In this document: one piece after another, positions 9,724-19,136 of the stretch
Position numbering within the stretch: the stretch's first letter is position 1
Layout: each line of letters begins with the position of its first letter
Source of the DNA: Candidatus Saccharimonadales bacterium
Lineage (GTDB): Bacteria > Patescibacteriota > Saccharimonadia > Saccharimonadales > DATKHC01
Assembly: GCA_038317055.1 (NCBI GenBank)
Contig: JBBQBA010000002.1
Location: 70,106 to 134,105, forward strand
Direction: 5' to 3'
Length of the DNA: 64,000 nt
Translations under genes and position numbers: made by a program
The notes under the pieces: generated by a model
Database searches by the model: none
The model's input: only the letters and a program-made list of their open reading frames with translations
Told to the model about the DNA's origin: nothing

Positions 9724-9842
9724 CTAAACTTTTGATACTTTATTTATTTATTTTTAAGTTAACATTACTATTTTATCAAACTTTTTGATAATATTGTCTA
9801 CTTTTAAACAGGTTTATAATATATGTATAGGAGAAATAAGCT

Positions 9843-10334
9843 ATGACAAATGAAATTATCAAAGATGCATTTAAGCGAATAAGTGAAGTAGTACACAATA
9901 CAGTAGACGGCTTAAGTGATAATAATCTCGTTTTTAGACCTAATGAATCTGCTAATTCTATTGCTTGGTTAGTTTGGCATTTAACTAGGGTTCAAGATGA
10001 TCATATAGCAAAAGTCGCTCATCAGTCTCAGGTTTGGAGCAGGGGCTGGTATGAAAAGTTTGATTTACCGCTTAGTGAGGACGACACTGGATATGGTCAT
10101 AAATCAGACGATGTAGCTTCAATAAAAGTCAGCGCCAAACTTCTACTTATATACTTTGATGAAGTACACGAAGAAACAATTAAATATATTAATAGTTTAG
10201 ATGATGAAGATTATAAAGAAGTAGTAGATGAGAATTGGGATCCACCAGTTACACTTGCTGCACGTATAGTTAGCGTTATCTCCGATGATCTTCAGCATGC
10301 TGGGCAAGCGGCATATGTAAAAGGTTTGCTATAG
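9843..10334 (+). CDS. DinB/YfiT-like metal-dependent four-helix-bundle protein
   Basis: 163 aa with WLVWHLTRVQDDH and DDLQHAGQAAYVKG (DinB_2-type His triad pattern). Confidence 0.75.
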   Translation: MTNEIIKDAFKRISEVVHNTVDGLSDNNLVFRPNESANSIAWLVWHLTRVQDDHIAKVAHQSQVWSRGWYEKFDLPLSEDDTGYGHKSDDVASIKVSAKLLLIYFDEVHEETIKYINSLDDEDYKEVVDENWDPPVTLAARIVSVISDDLQHAGQAAYVKGLL

Positions 10335-10359
10335 GGGTTACTACAGTATAATTATAACT

Positions 10360-11493
10360 ATGTCTGACCGCTTAACGGTAGCTATAATTAATCTTGTTAA
10401 TTACCGCCACAATATTAGGACTATTTTAAAACAACTTGATAAAGGTGTTAAATTAATGGCTATTGTTAAGGCTAATGCATATGGCCATGGACTTGAGGAA
10501 ATCGCCAAAGCATCTATTGAAGCTGGGGCAACTTATATAGGAGTGGTTAGTTTAGGAGAGCTTAAACGAGTAAGAGGAGCCGGTATAACAACCCCGACCC
10601 TAATACTTAATTATATTGATCCAATATCAATAAGTGAGGCAGTAAAACTCGATGCCAGTCTTACGCTAATGAGCCTTAACACAATAGTAGCAGCTCAAAA
10701 AGTAGCTAAAGATCAGTCCAAAATAATAAACGTACATATCAAAATAGATACAGGGATGCACCGCGCAGGTAGTACACCTGAAGAAATATTAGAACTTTCT
10801 CAAAAGGTTGTCAGTTCTCCAAATCTAAATTTAGAAGGAGTATTCACACATTTTGCAGAATCGGAAGCAATTGATGGCTTATTCACAAAAAAGCAGTTAC
10901 ATATATTTAATAACTGTCTTGAAATTCTTAAAAATCATCAAATTAATCCACCATTAATCCATTGTGCCAATAGCGCTGCAACTTTAACTTTTCCTGAGTC
11001 ACATTTTAATATGGTAAGGCCAGGAATAATTAGTTTTGGATTAACTCCTTTTGATCTTACTCACCATAAATACAATTTTGTTAAAAAACAGCTTAAACCA
11101 GTACTTTCACTTAAATGCCAAATAGCGATGTTAAAAATAATTAAATCTGGTGAAACAGTTGGTTATAATCGTCGATGGAAAGCAAAACGAACAAGTAAAC
11201 TAGCACTTTTGCCAATAGGCTACGGTGATGGTTGGCGAAGATCGCCAAATAATGCTGGTCGGGTATTAATAGGTGGTGAATATGTACCTATAGTGGGAAG
11301 CGTTTCTATGGACCAAATAGTTGTTGATGTGACCGGTTTAGACGATATAAAAATTGGAGATGAAGCAGTTTTAATTGGGACTCAAGGCAAATATTCTATA
11401 ACTGCAGATGATGTTGCTGATGCATACGGGACTATTAATTATGAAGTCGTAACAATGTTATCAGAACGTATTGTAAGAAAATATATTACTTAG
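10360..11493 (+). CDS. alr: alanine racemase
   Basis: 377 aa with the PLP-lysine motif AIVKANAYGHG. The C-terminal pattern GYGDGWRR...VSMDQIVVDV is typical of Alr. Confidence 0.9.
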   Translation: MSDRLTVAIINLVNYRHNIRTILKQLDKGVKLMAIVKANAYGHGLEEIAKASIEAGATYIGVVSLGELKRVRGAGITTPTLILNYIDPISISEAVKLDASLTLMSLNTIVAAQKVAKDQSKIINVHIKIDTGMHRAGSTPEEILELSQKVVSSPNLNLEGVFTHFAESEAIDGLFTKKQLHIFNNCLEILKNHQINPPLIHCANSAATLTFPESHFNMVRPGIISFGLTPFDLTHHKYNFVKKQLKPVLSLKCQIAMLKIIKSGETVGYNRRWKAKRTSKLALLPIGYGDGWRRSPNNAGRVLIGGEYVPIVGSVSMDQIVVDVTGLDDIKIGDEAVLIGTQGKYSITADDVADAYGTINYEVVTMLSERIVRKYIT

Positions 11494-11729
11494 TTGAATA
11501 TTTTATCCTTTCTCTAATTACGGTCCATCGGTACAATTTATAATTTATCTATAGAGAGTCAGAAGGGGTTATATGTAGTTTTGTTGATCAAAAAAATATA
11601 TCTGTATTCTACCTATAAAAAAAGCGTTATATTAATTATTTAGAAAATTGTAAGAATAAATTATTGATGGTTAAATATGCTTGAAAATCTTTCTGGAAAG
11701 AGCATAATTGTCATATATAGGAGACGAAA

Positions 11730-12302
11730 ATGAAAAGAAAATTGGTAAAAGAATTTAGACTTTCTATTGGCTCAGTTTTGGCAGATCAAGCTGAACAAAC
11801 AACTCGCATCGAACCAAAACAACGGATAGTTTTATCTGGAAATACTGAGGGTCGGAAAATTGATAATCGTACATATATTTATGTTGGAGAAACCGGTCTA
11901 AGGCCAGCCGTATTTTCCTTTGATCAATTATGGGGAATAACTGAACGAGCTAGACTACCTCAAAAAATTGAGAGGACAGGATATTTAGCCTTACAATCTA
12001 CATATGGTCAAAATAAGAGTTTAACAAGAAGATGGTTATTTGATAGCCCAATGGGGCCATCATATGGAATATCCACATCAAGAGAACTTAAATATGGTGA
12101 TGAAATTGACGACGCTATGACTTGGTTACAAAAACCTCATCTTGCAACTAAAGAAATCGGTAGAATCGCTACACTATTACCTGAAGAAGAAGCTATATTA
12201 CTAGAGCTAGATGAACATTATATTATGGCTAATGAACAGATAATTGCCCAACAAGAACTTGAAGGTAGAGCAAATAATATAATCCACAAAATTTTAATTT
12301 AA
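11730..12302 (+). CDS. hypothetical protein
   Basis: 190-aa ORF with an AGGAG SD 7 nt upstream. No recognised motif. Confidence 0.5.
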   Translation: MKRKLVKEFRLSIGSVLADQAEQTTRIEPKQRIVLSGNTEGRKIDNRTYIYVGETGLRPAVFSFDQLWGITERARLPQKIERTGYLALQSTYGQNKSLTRRWLFDSPMGPSYGISTSRELKYGDEIDDAMTWLQKPHLATKEIGRIATLLPEEEAILLELDEHYIMANEQIIAQQELEGRANNIIHKILI

Positions 12303-12350
12303 TCATATAGAACTAGCAATAATCATTTGATTTTGTTAAAGTTGACACCT

Positions 12351-13649
12351 ATGCAGGTAAAAAGAACTGATAAATCCGAAAACGAAGTTGTACTACTTAT
12401 TAGTGGTGACTTAGTCGAATTAGAACCCCTTAAAGAACATATCCTTAAAGATCATTTTGCAAAAGATATTAAAATTCAGGGCTTCCGACAAGGAAAGGCT
12501 CCACTTAATTTGGTTGAGAAAAATGTAAACCAACAAGAATTTCAAACTAAATTTTTAGATGAAGCTCTAAATAATCTTTATTCAACAGCAATTCAGCAAG
12601 AAAAATTAAGGGCCGTAGACCAGCCTAAGGTAGAAGTTAAAAAATTTGTACCATATACATTGGTTGAGTTTGAAGCAGTAGTACCCGTACTTGGAAAAAT
12701 AACTCTACCTGATTACAAAAGTATTAAATTACCTAAAGAACTAATAAAACCAGTTGGCGCAAAAGAAGTTGAAGAAGTAATAAAAAGGCTTCAAACTCAA
12801 GTAGCTGACAAAAATGATGTAGATAGAGCTATTAAGTCAGGCGACCAGACTTTTATCGACTTTATTGGTAAAAATTCTGATGGCAAACCAGTTAGCGGTG
12901 CAGAGGGTAAGGACTATCCACTAGTAATAGGTAGTGATAATTTTATCCCCGGTTTTGAAAAGAATCTTATTGGAATGAAAGCTGGAGACGAGAAATCTTT
13001 TACTCTTAAATTTCCTAAAGACTACACAATAAAAGCGCTTGCAAGCCGTGATATAACTTTTACTGTAAGTATTATAAAAGTTCAAGAAGTCGTAGAAGCT
13101 AAAGTAGACGACGAATTTGCTAAGAAAGTTGGAAAGTTTGAAAATGTAGCTGAACTTAAAAAAGATATAAAGAACCAGCTTACTCAAGAAAAAGAAAACA
13201 CCGAAGATAGAGATTACGAATCTAAGCTACTGGAACAAATCAGTTCTAAGAGTAAGGTGAAAATTCCCGAAGTATTAATTGAAAAAGAACTCGAAAACAG
13301 ATTAAAAGATTTTAAATTAAATCTTAGTTACCGCGGTCAGACAATGAAAGAATTTTTGGAAGACGAAGGTCAAACAGAGGCAGAATATATAGAAAAAGTA
13401 CTAAAACCAGAAGCAAGTAAACGACTTAAAGCTTCTATTATACTTTCAGAAATATCTGAACTTGAGGACATACCACTTACTAATGAAGAAGTTGATGCAC
13501 GATTACAATTAATGCGGGCCCAATATCAGGATCCTCAATCTAAAGCAGATTTAGATAATCCAGATACAAAACGGGATATAGCAAGTCGTATGCTCGCAGA
13601 AAAGACTATATCGAAACTCACAGATTATGCTAGTCGCTCGGCTAAATAA
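12351..13649 (+). CDS. tig: trigger factor
   Basis: FKBP-type PPIase core PGFEKNLIGMKAGDEKSF. The N-terminus MQVKRTDKSENEVVLLI is typical. The track start TTG 12327 is possible, but ATG 12351 is preferred. Confidence 0.9.
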   Translation: MQVKRTDKSENEVVLLISGDLVELEPLKEHILKDHFAKDIKIQGFRQGKAPLNLVEKNVNQQEFQTKFLDEALNNLYSTAIQQEKLRAVDQPKVEVKKFVPYTLVEFEAVVPVLGKITLPDYKSIKLPKELIKPVGAKEVEEVIKRLQTQVADKNDVDRAIKSGDQTFIDFIGKNSDGKPVSGAEGKDYPLVIGSDNFIPGFEKNLIGMKAGDEKSFTLKFPKDYTIKALASRDITFTVSIIKVQEVVEAKVDDEFAKKVGKFENVAELKKDIKNQLTQEKENTEDRDYESKLLEQISSKSKVKIPEVLIEKELENRLKDFKLNLSYRGQTMKEFLEDEGQTEAEYIEKVLKPEASKRLKASIILSEISELEDIPLTNEEVDARLQLMRAQYQDPQSKADLDNPDTKRDIASRMLAEKTISKLTDYASRSAK

Positions 13650-13664
13650 AAAAGCTTAAGATAT

Positions 13665-14108
13665 ATGAATAAATTTAGATCAAAAAAAGAAAAAATAGTC
13701 TATATTCCTATGGCTGCCGATATATTACATCGTGGACATATTAATATTATAAAAGAGGGGAACAAGCTTGGTTTAGTCATAGTAGGACTATTAACTGACG
13801 AAGCAATCACGGCCTATAAAAGAGTACCAGTGATGGAATACAAAGAAAGATTGGCGGTTGTTGAGAATATTAAAGGTGTATATAAAGTCATTCCTCAATC
13901 CGAATTGGACTACAGGGTCAATTTAATCAAATTAAAACCAGAATATTTTATGCATGGTGATGATTGGAAAACTGGCGTAATGAGCAAGCCACGAGAACTA
14001 GCTATAAAAACAATTTCGAAATGGGACGGAAAATTAGTTGAACCTGAATATACAAAAGGTATTTCAAGTTCAGATATAATTAAGAAAATAAAAGATAGTA
14101 AATATTAA
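13665..14108 (+). CDS. cytidylyltransferase-family enzyme (TagD/ECT-like, HxGH)
   Basis: 147 aa with PMAADILHRGHINII (HxGH) and a C-terminal GISSSDIIKKI, as in glycerol-3-P/phospho-alcohol cytidylyltransferases. Confidence 0.8.
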   Translation: MNKFRSKKEKIVYIPMAADILHRGHINIIKEGNKLGLVIVGLLTDEAITAYKRVPVMEYKERLAVVENIKGVYKVIPQSELDYRVNLIKLKPEYFMHGDDWKTGVMSKPRELAIKTISKWDGKLVEPEYTKGISSSDIIKKIKDSKY

Positions 14109-14109
14109 G

Positions 14110-15096
14110 TTAACTCATTTTTTTCATAGTAATGTAATTTCTATAGATTTTAACTCCAGGTCTTTTCATTTTATAAATTAAGTTACCAACCCTAATAGTA
14201 GAATATATTGCGCCACCTAAACCATCTAATTCGGCCTGTTCATGAACTTTTTTAATTAAAAGACTTGACAGTTTTTTACCTCTAAATTCTGGTAATACAG
14301 CTATTGTTTTAACTATTAATTGATTCTTATATGGATAAGAAATAATAAATCCAATCGGTTTATTGTTATCTTCTAAAAAAAAGCAGTAATTATTATTAAA
14401 AATATTATCTTTACCTTTTAAATTATATGATCTTTCTTTAAAAGATATTTTGGGACAATATATACTGTTTACTGGAAAAATCTCGTTCATAATTTCGTGA
14501 TATATTTTTAGGTTTTCTAACGGTCTCCTTTTACTAAAAGATTGCACCTTATAATTCATATTATTCTTTGAAGGATTTTTAATAAATAATCTAATATATC
14601 GTTGATAATTATTTAATTTACCCGAAACATATCGGTTATAAACTTTGAAGCCAGCTTCTTTAAATACATTTATATACCAGGTCGGATTTATGGGTTCTCC
14701 GGGTATAAGGAAGTCTTCTTGTAAATTAAAGCGGTAGTCATTGGTAATTGTTCCATTTATAGGCCCATAAATTACTTTTAAATTGCGTTCATTTTTTAAC
14801 CATTCAGTTGCTTGATTTAATACTTTTACTCCAGACTCATAGTTCGTACAGCCAAAATATCCAACAATGCCTATTTTTGGTAAGCGACTGTCTATCATGG
14901 CAATTACGTGAGCAGACTGCCCACCTTCACTTAAACTAAATACTTTAGCATCTAAAATATTCCATATAGGATTCTTCGACTGTAAATCTTTATTCCATCT
15001 ATATAATGCTGGCTCCCTAATGTTCTTGTTGTAAGTAATTCTAGAAATATTAGATAATTGAATACGACTGGAACTGAGGAAGCTTAAATCACGCAT
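14110..15096 (-). CDS. GNAT-family acyl/acetyltransferase with N-terminal extension
   Basis: 328 aa. C-terminal GNAT motif A is IAVLPEFRGKKLSSLLIKKV. Overlaps the upstream gene by 8 nt. Confidence 0.6.
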   Translation of the reverse strand: MRDLSFLSSSRIQLSNISRITYNKNIREPALYRWNKDLQSKNPIWNILDAKVFSLSEGGQSAHVIAMIDSRLPKIGIVGYFGCTNYESGVKVLNQATEWLKNERNLKVIYGPINGTITNDYRFNLQEDFLIPGEPINPTWYINVFKEAGFKVYNRYVSGKLNNYQRYIRLFIKNPSKNNMNYKVQSFSKRRPLENLKIYHEIMNEIFPVNSIYCPKISFKERSYNLKGKDNIFNNNYCFFLEDNNKPIGFIISYPYKNQLIVKTIAVLPEFRGKKLSSLLIKKVHEQAELDGLGGAIYSTIRVGNLIYKMKRPGVKIYRNYITMKKMS

Positions 15097-15685
15097 GTTT
15101 TGTATTTATAACTAAAAAGATTATCGCATATACAATCTCAAGTTGAGCAAATAAAGGATGAGGTTTTTTAATAAGTTTTGATGAAACCATCAAGGGAATC
15201 ATGATAACTAATATAAGTAGTGAAATTTTAGATTCAAATAATAGGCAAAGTAGTAAAGCATATTTACTAAACAGCACAGGCAAGCCGGTATAGTATTTTG
15301 ACTTTTTTTCAACATAGCCAACTACAGTAAAACGACTCAATCTAAGAATAGAAGCTAAACAAAAAGTAGTAGTAATTAAAAGACTATACCATTGCCAATT
15401 TGCTTGAATGTTGATAACTAGGGCAGGAAATAATACCCAGCCTAGTACATCATATAAAGTATCAAGTACCTTTCCATATATAGAAGCACCAAATCTTCTC
15501 GCTATGTAACCATCCAAAAAGTCCAAATACATTGAAATAAAAGTTAGTGCTATAGCTAGATATAGTTGTCCTTGCCATAACAACCAGAAAGAATTAATTA
15601 TTAAAAAGACAGCAAGCATGGTTATATAATCAGCCTTCGATAACTCAGTAATAATGTGTTTTTTAGTCATTAGCCAACAACTCAA
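15089..15685 (-). CDS. CDP-alcohol phosphatidyltransferase family protein
   Basis: 198 aa, polytopic. Signature D-x2-DG-x2-AR-x8-G-x3-D-x3-D is present as DFLDGYIARRFGASIYGKVLDTLYD. Confidence 0.85.
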   Translation of the reverse strand: MSCWLMTKKHIITELSKADYITMLAVFLIINSFWLLWQGQLYLAIALTFISMYLDFLDGYIARRFGASIYGKVLDTLYDVLGWVLFPALVINIQANWQWYSLLITTTFCLASILRLSRFTVVGYVEKKSKYYTGLPVLFSKYALLLCLLFESKISLLILVIMIPLMVSSKLIKKPHPLFAQLEIVYAIIFLVINTKHA

Positions 15686-18029
15686 CAGATTGACTTGATG
15701 TATTGATTCTTACATTCATGCCGTTCTTTAAATGTTGAGTAATGTCCTCAACTCCGATTATGCTTGGGATACCAAGTTCTCTAGTTACGATTGAAGCGTG
15801 AGATAGTATTCCGCCGTGTTCGACAATTAAACCTTTGGCTAATGCAATTAAAGGTGTCCAGCCCGGATCCGTATGAGAGACTACTAATATATCGAACGGT
15901 ACTTTTGGAATAATTGGATGTTCTAGTACGATTACCTTACCTTCTATTGTGCCGGGAGACGAAATTGTACCTTTAAAAGTATGTTTATTCGTAGTGTTTA
16001 TAGATTTATGCGTTAGAAAATCAGCTGGAACTGTATTGGTTAAACCTGTTGTTATAAATCTTGCGGGTGGTGATAGCTTTCGGTAACCGCTATATTTTTG
16101 CTTTCTAAAACTTATAATTTGCTTAAGATTATTCTCAAAACCTGTACCATCAATTTGTTTAAATAATTCTTCAATCTCTAAATAATAAATGTCTTTTGCA
16201 CTCTCGATTAAACCCAACTTAGTAAGATTTTCTGATACTTCGATAAATAGTTCACGTAAATATGCGTAGGCTTTACCCCTTAATAACCTGTTTTGTTCCC
16301 TAATTCTGAGGTGCTTCTTTAGGCGACTAATTAACAGCTTATATAAGATTCTTTGTGATAGTTTTAGGCTACTTTGTAATTTAATACTCCTTTCGCTTTC
16401 AGCATTCATTGCTATATTACGTCTATCAGAAATAGTTTTATTGTTGAGTTTAGTATAGCTTTGAATTAACTCATAAAAACCAGATAATTTTAAAAGTGGG
16501 TTAGCTACTTCTAACTTTTGATCTTCTGCGAAACGATGCAAAAAAGTATCACGATACTCTATCAATAAGTCTTTTGCATTGCTATTTAATATATAGTTGT
16601 CTAATTTTATATAATTTGTATTTTTAAGTAAATTTGAAGCCGTTTCATCATTTTTAATATATTCCGCTATTTCACTCAACACTACTGCTTGACGTGCACT
16701 AATTACGTTATGAAGTGAACCAAGAAAGTTCGAAGCTTCATCTTTAGAATTGTTTAACCAAACACTTAACTTCTTTTTCAATATTCCATGATAAATCATT
16801 ACGAAGAAATCATTATCTGCACTACGTCCCATAATTGGAATCACTTTTTGCTCAATGAATGCATAACGGTCCATTTGACTAAATAGATCATTTCCGTGAG
16901 GCATATTCTCAAAATCCTCGTATTTCGATTTAAGTTGACGCCAATATTTTCTTTTCTCAAAATTAAATAATATGGTTCTTCTCATTATTCTAAAATAAAA
17001 ATTTATCCTATAACTTATTGGATAGTTACTAGGAGGTAGATATACTGCATTACCAATAGTTTGTAATTGATCATCTAAATATTTTTGGTTTTGATTGTTG
17101 TTAGGAAAAAAACCTATAAATTTGTACCAACTACTTAAGTTGTAATACATTCTGCCTGCGAATATTCCAACCATTGCATTAAAAGTACGTTGGTTTTCTT
17201 CTAACTGATACCAATTTAATCCTGCAGCATAACCTTGAGATTTATATACAAGTTCATAGCCCCGCCTAGAGATTGAAAATGTAAGAGGTAGTACGATTCC
17301 AGGAAAGCTCTCACCAAGGTTAGCGTTGTCCCATAAACGCAAATGATTAATTACGGTTATTGGTCTTGTTTGTAAATAATAAAATTTGTCACCAACTAAA
17401 GCCCATTCGATATCCTGAGGAGTTGTAAGTTCTTTTTCAATCAACAATACTGCATTAGTTAATTCCTTGATCTTTTTTGGAGAAATCAGATTTTTGGATA
17501 TATTATTTGCATATCTTATATCCCCACCTGGTCTATTGACATGAATTGAATTTGAATCTTTACCATCTACCACCTTACTTCCATGACCTTTAACGGCATT
17601 AATTAACATTTCAGACTGTCCGCTAGCTGGGTTTACACTAAAAATCACACCCGCTATGTCAGGCTCTATATATAATTGAACTATTGCATTTACAGAATAT
17701 TGCTTGGCCAATTTATAGCCTTTAAAGGGTTTACTCGAGGCAACTTTACGTAGTGCTTTTATAAAATCTGTACTATTGGTTACAGGCATAACACTAATAA
17801 ATTGACCGGCATAGGATTTATTGTCAGAATCTTCTTCTTCAGCAGAAGATCTAACTGCTACACTCATGCAATTGTATTCTTTAGACCATGACTCAAAATC
17901 ACGAATTAATGACTCAATTATATTTTCATTTAGGTTTTGTATTGTTGTTGACGGAATAACATAAAAATCAGGAACGTTTAACCCAATATTTTTTAATTTC
18001 TGTAAGTTTTTAGCTTTATTACCATACAT
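15663..18029 (-). CDS. PEP-utilising-family dikinase-like phosphotransferase (ATP-grasp PPDK_N + central domain + swivel-His domain; rifampin-phosphotransferase-like architecture)
   Basis: 788 aa. N-terminus has GNKAKNLQKLKNIGLNVPDFYVIP and VAVRSSAEEEDSDNKSYAGQF. C-terminus has DILVVSHTDPGWTPLIALAKGLIVEHGGILSHASIVTRELGIPSIIGV. No PEP/pyruvate TIM-barrel segment was recognised. Confidence 0.82.
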   Translation of the reverse strand: MYGNKAKNLQKLKNIGLNVPDFYVIPSTTIQNLNENIIESLIRDFESWSKEYNCMSVAVRSSAEEEDSDNKSYAGQFISVMPVTNSTDFIKALRKVASSKPFKGYKLAKQYSVNAIVQLYIEPDIAGVIFSVNPASGQSEMLINAVKGHGSKVVDGKDSNSIHVNRPGGDIRYANNISKNLISPKKIKELTNAVLLIEKELTTPQDIEWALVGDKFYYLQTRPITVINHLRLWDNANLGESFPGIVLPLTFSISRRGYELVYKSQGYAAGLNWYQLEENQRTFNAMVGIFAGRMYYNLSSWYKFIGFFPNNNQNQKYLDDQLQTIGNAVYLPPSNYPISYRINFYFRIMRRTILFNFEKRKYWRQLKSKYEDFENMPHGNDLFSQMDRYAFIEQKVIPIMGRSADNDFFVMIYHGILKKKLSVWLNNSKDEASNFLGSLHNVISARQAVVLSEIAEYIKNDETASNLLKNTNYIKLDNYILNSNAKDLLIEYRDTFLHRFAEDQKLEVANPLLKLSGFYELIQSYTKLNNKTISDRRNIAMNAESERSIKLQSSLKLSQRILYKLLISRLKKHLRIREQNRLLRGKAYAYLRELFIEVSENLTKLGLIESAKDIYYLEIEELFKQIDGTGFENNLKQIISFRKQKYSGYRKLSPPARFITTGLTNTVPADFLTHKSINTTNKHTFKGTISSPGTIEGKVIVLEHPIIPKVPFDILVVSHTDPGWTPLIALAKGLIVEHGGILSHASIVTRELGIPSIIGVEDITQHLKNGMNVRINTSSQSVELLAND

Positions 18030-18031
18030 AA

Positions 18032-18961
18032 CTATTGAAAATACAATGTAGCCGCCGCAGCAAGATACATTACAAGGGAAGTACCATTTAGAAGTTCGGC
18101 ATTTTTCATTATTGGCTTTCTCTTATATTTATATATAGACCAACCAACTGTTAAAAGGCCTATAATTAATATGTACCATTTTGTATTACCTCCTAAATAT
18201 TTAATAAGGAAAGCTGTGTATATAGCAGATCCTAACGTAAAAAATACAAATGATGTTAAGGCTACATTTACTCCTAAAAAATATGAATATCTATCTTTGG
18301 CTGCCTTGCCATCAATTCCGCCAATTGTTCTTGATGCTTCTACCATACCAATCATAATGATCACAAAAACGAAAAATAATAGTTTCTGTCTAATGGGCTG
18401 AATACCTAGTACAGTTAAAATAAGCCAATCAAGAATTAGCAATTGAACATAATGAGAAAATTGATAAGTTAGAAAATGTTGTCTAAGCCAATCTCTCATA
18501 AAAAACTCGTGTCTTGTCAGATACGAGTAAAATTGTTGAAGACAGGCAAGCATGAAGACTTCTAGTGAACCGGTTAGTGCAGATAATATAAAGAATAAAC
18601 ATATAGTAATAGTTTTTAATTTCGATAATTCTTTAAGTGTTATTACGCCTCTTTGAACTGGTCTATCAGGATAAAATTCATTATCATGTTCAAAATCTTT
18701 AGGTTCGTCAGCTAGCCGTATCTGAAGAAAATATAGCACAATCATAAAAGTGGCGATCAATACTTCATTCCATTTATAAGACCCACCTGACTTTGCTAAA
18801 GTTGCTGATAGAGTAAAACCTATGACAGTCATTATTATTATTGGTATGCGCTCAGTCTGAAATATCCAAAATCTATGAGAAAAAGACCATTTATTATACG
18901 GTGGTTTTAATTTACTAGATTTATAAATTCTATCGAGACGTTTTTTTTCGTTTTTTCCCAT
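18032..18961 (-). CDS. UbiA-superfamily-like polytopic membrane protein (divergent prenyltransferase)
   Basis: 309 aa with about 8 TM. RLADEPKDFEHDNEFYPDRPVQRG resembles the first Asp-rich UbiA motif. Lies 2 nt upstream of the dikinase gene. Confidence 0.5.
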   Translation of the reverse strand: MGKNEKKRLDRIYKSSKLKPPYNKWSFSHRFWIFQTERIPIIIMTVIGFTLSATLAKSGGSYKWNEVLIATFMIVLYFLQIRLADEPKDFEHDNEFYPDRPVQRGVITLKELSKLKTITICLFFILSALTGSLEVFMLACLQQFYSYLTRHEFFMRDWLRQHFLTYQFSHYVQLLILDWLILTVLGIQPIRQKLLFFVFVIIMIGMVEASRTIGGIDGKAAKDRYSYFLGVNVALTSFVFFTLGSAIYTAFLIKYLGGNTKWYILIIGLLTVGWSIYKYKRKPIMKNAELLNGTSLVMYLAAAATLYFQ

Positions 18962-18991
18962 GTTGACTAAAGTATACTAATTTATGTACGG

Positions 18992-19135
18992 ATGTTAAAA
19001 GAAAATATACATAGAATACTTGCTCTCCTAGTTTTAGTTTTATTTAGCCTTATAACCGTTAAATATCACTTTCTCTGGCCTGTTTTGATTTTTATTGGCA
19101 TTAGCTTAATCCCAGCACAACGGACAAAGAAGTAG
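18992..19135 (+). CDS. possible 47-aa hydrophobic micro-protein upstream of the UbiA gene
   Basis: Own translation: MLKENIHRILALLVLVLFSLITVKYHFLWPVLIFIGISLIPAQRTKK. Its TAG lies 1 nt before the ATG at 19137. No clear SD, and it is below the track size cutoff. Confidence 0.3.
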   Translation: MLKENIHRILALLVLVLFSLITVKYHFLWPVLIFIGISLIPAQRTKK

Positions 19136-19136
19136 C

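Noticed and set aside
11494-11729. 236-nt intergenic region upstream of 11730 as a possible riboswitch or ncRNA
   Set aside because: Only weak, imperfect inverted repeats are present (ATGCT...CTTTC-TG-GAAAG-AGCAT). There is no recognisable riboswitch core and no supporting evidence.
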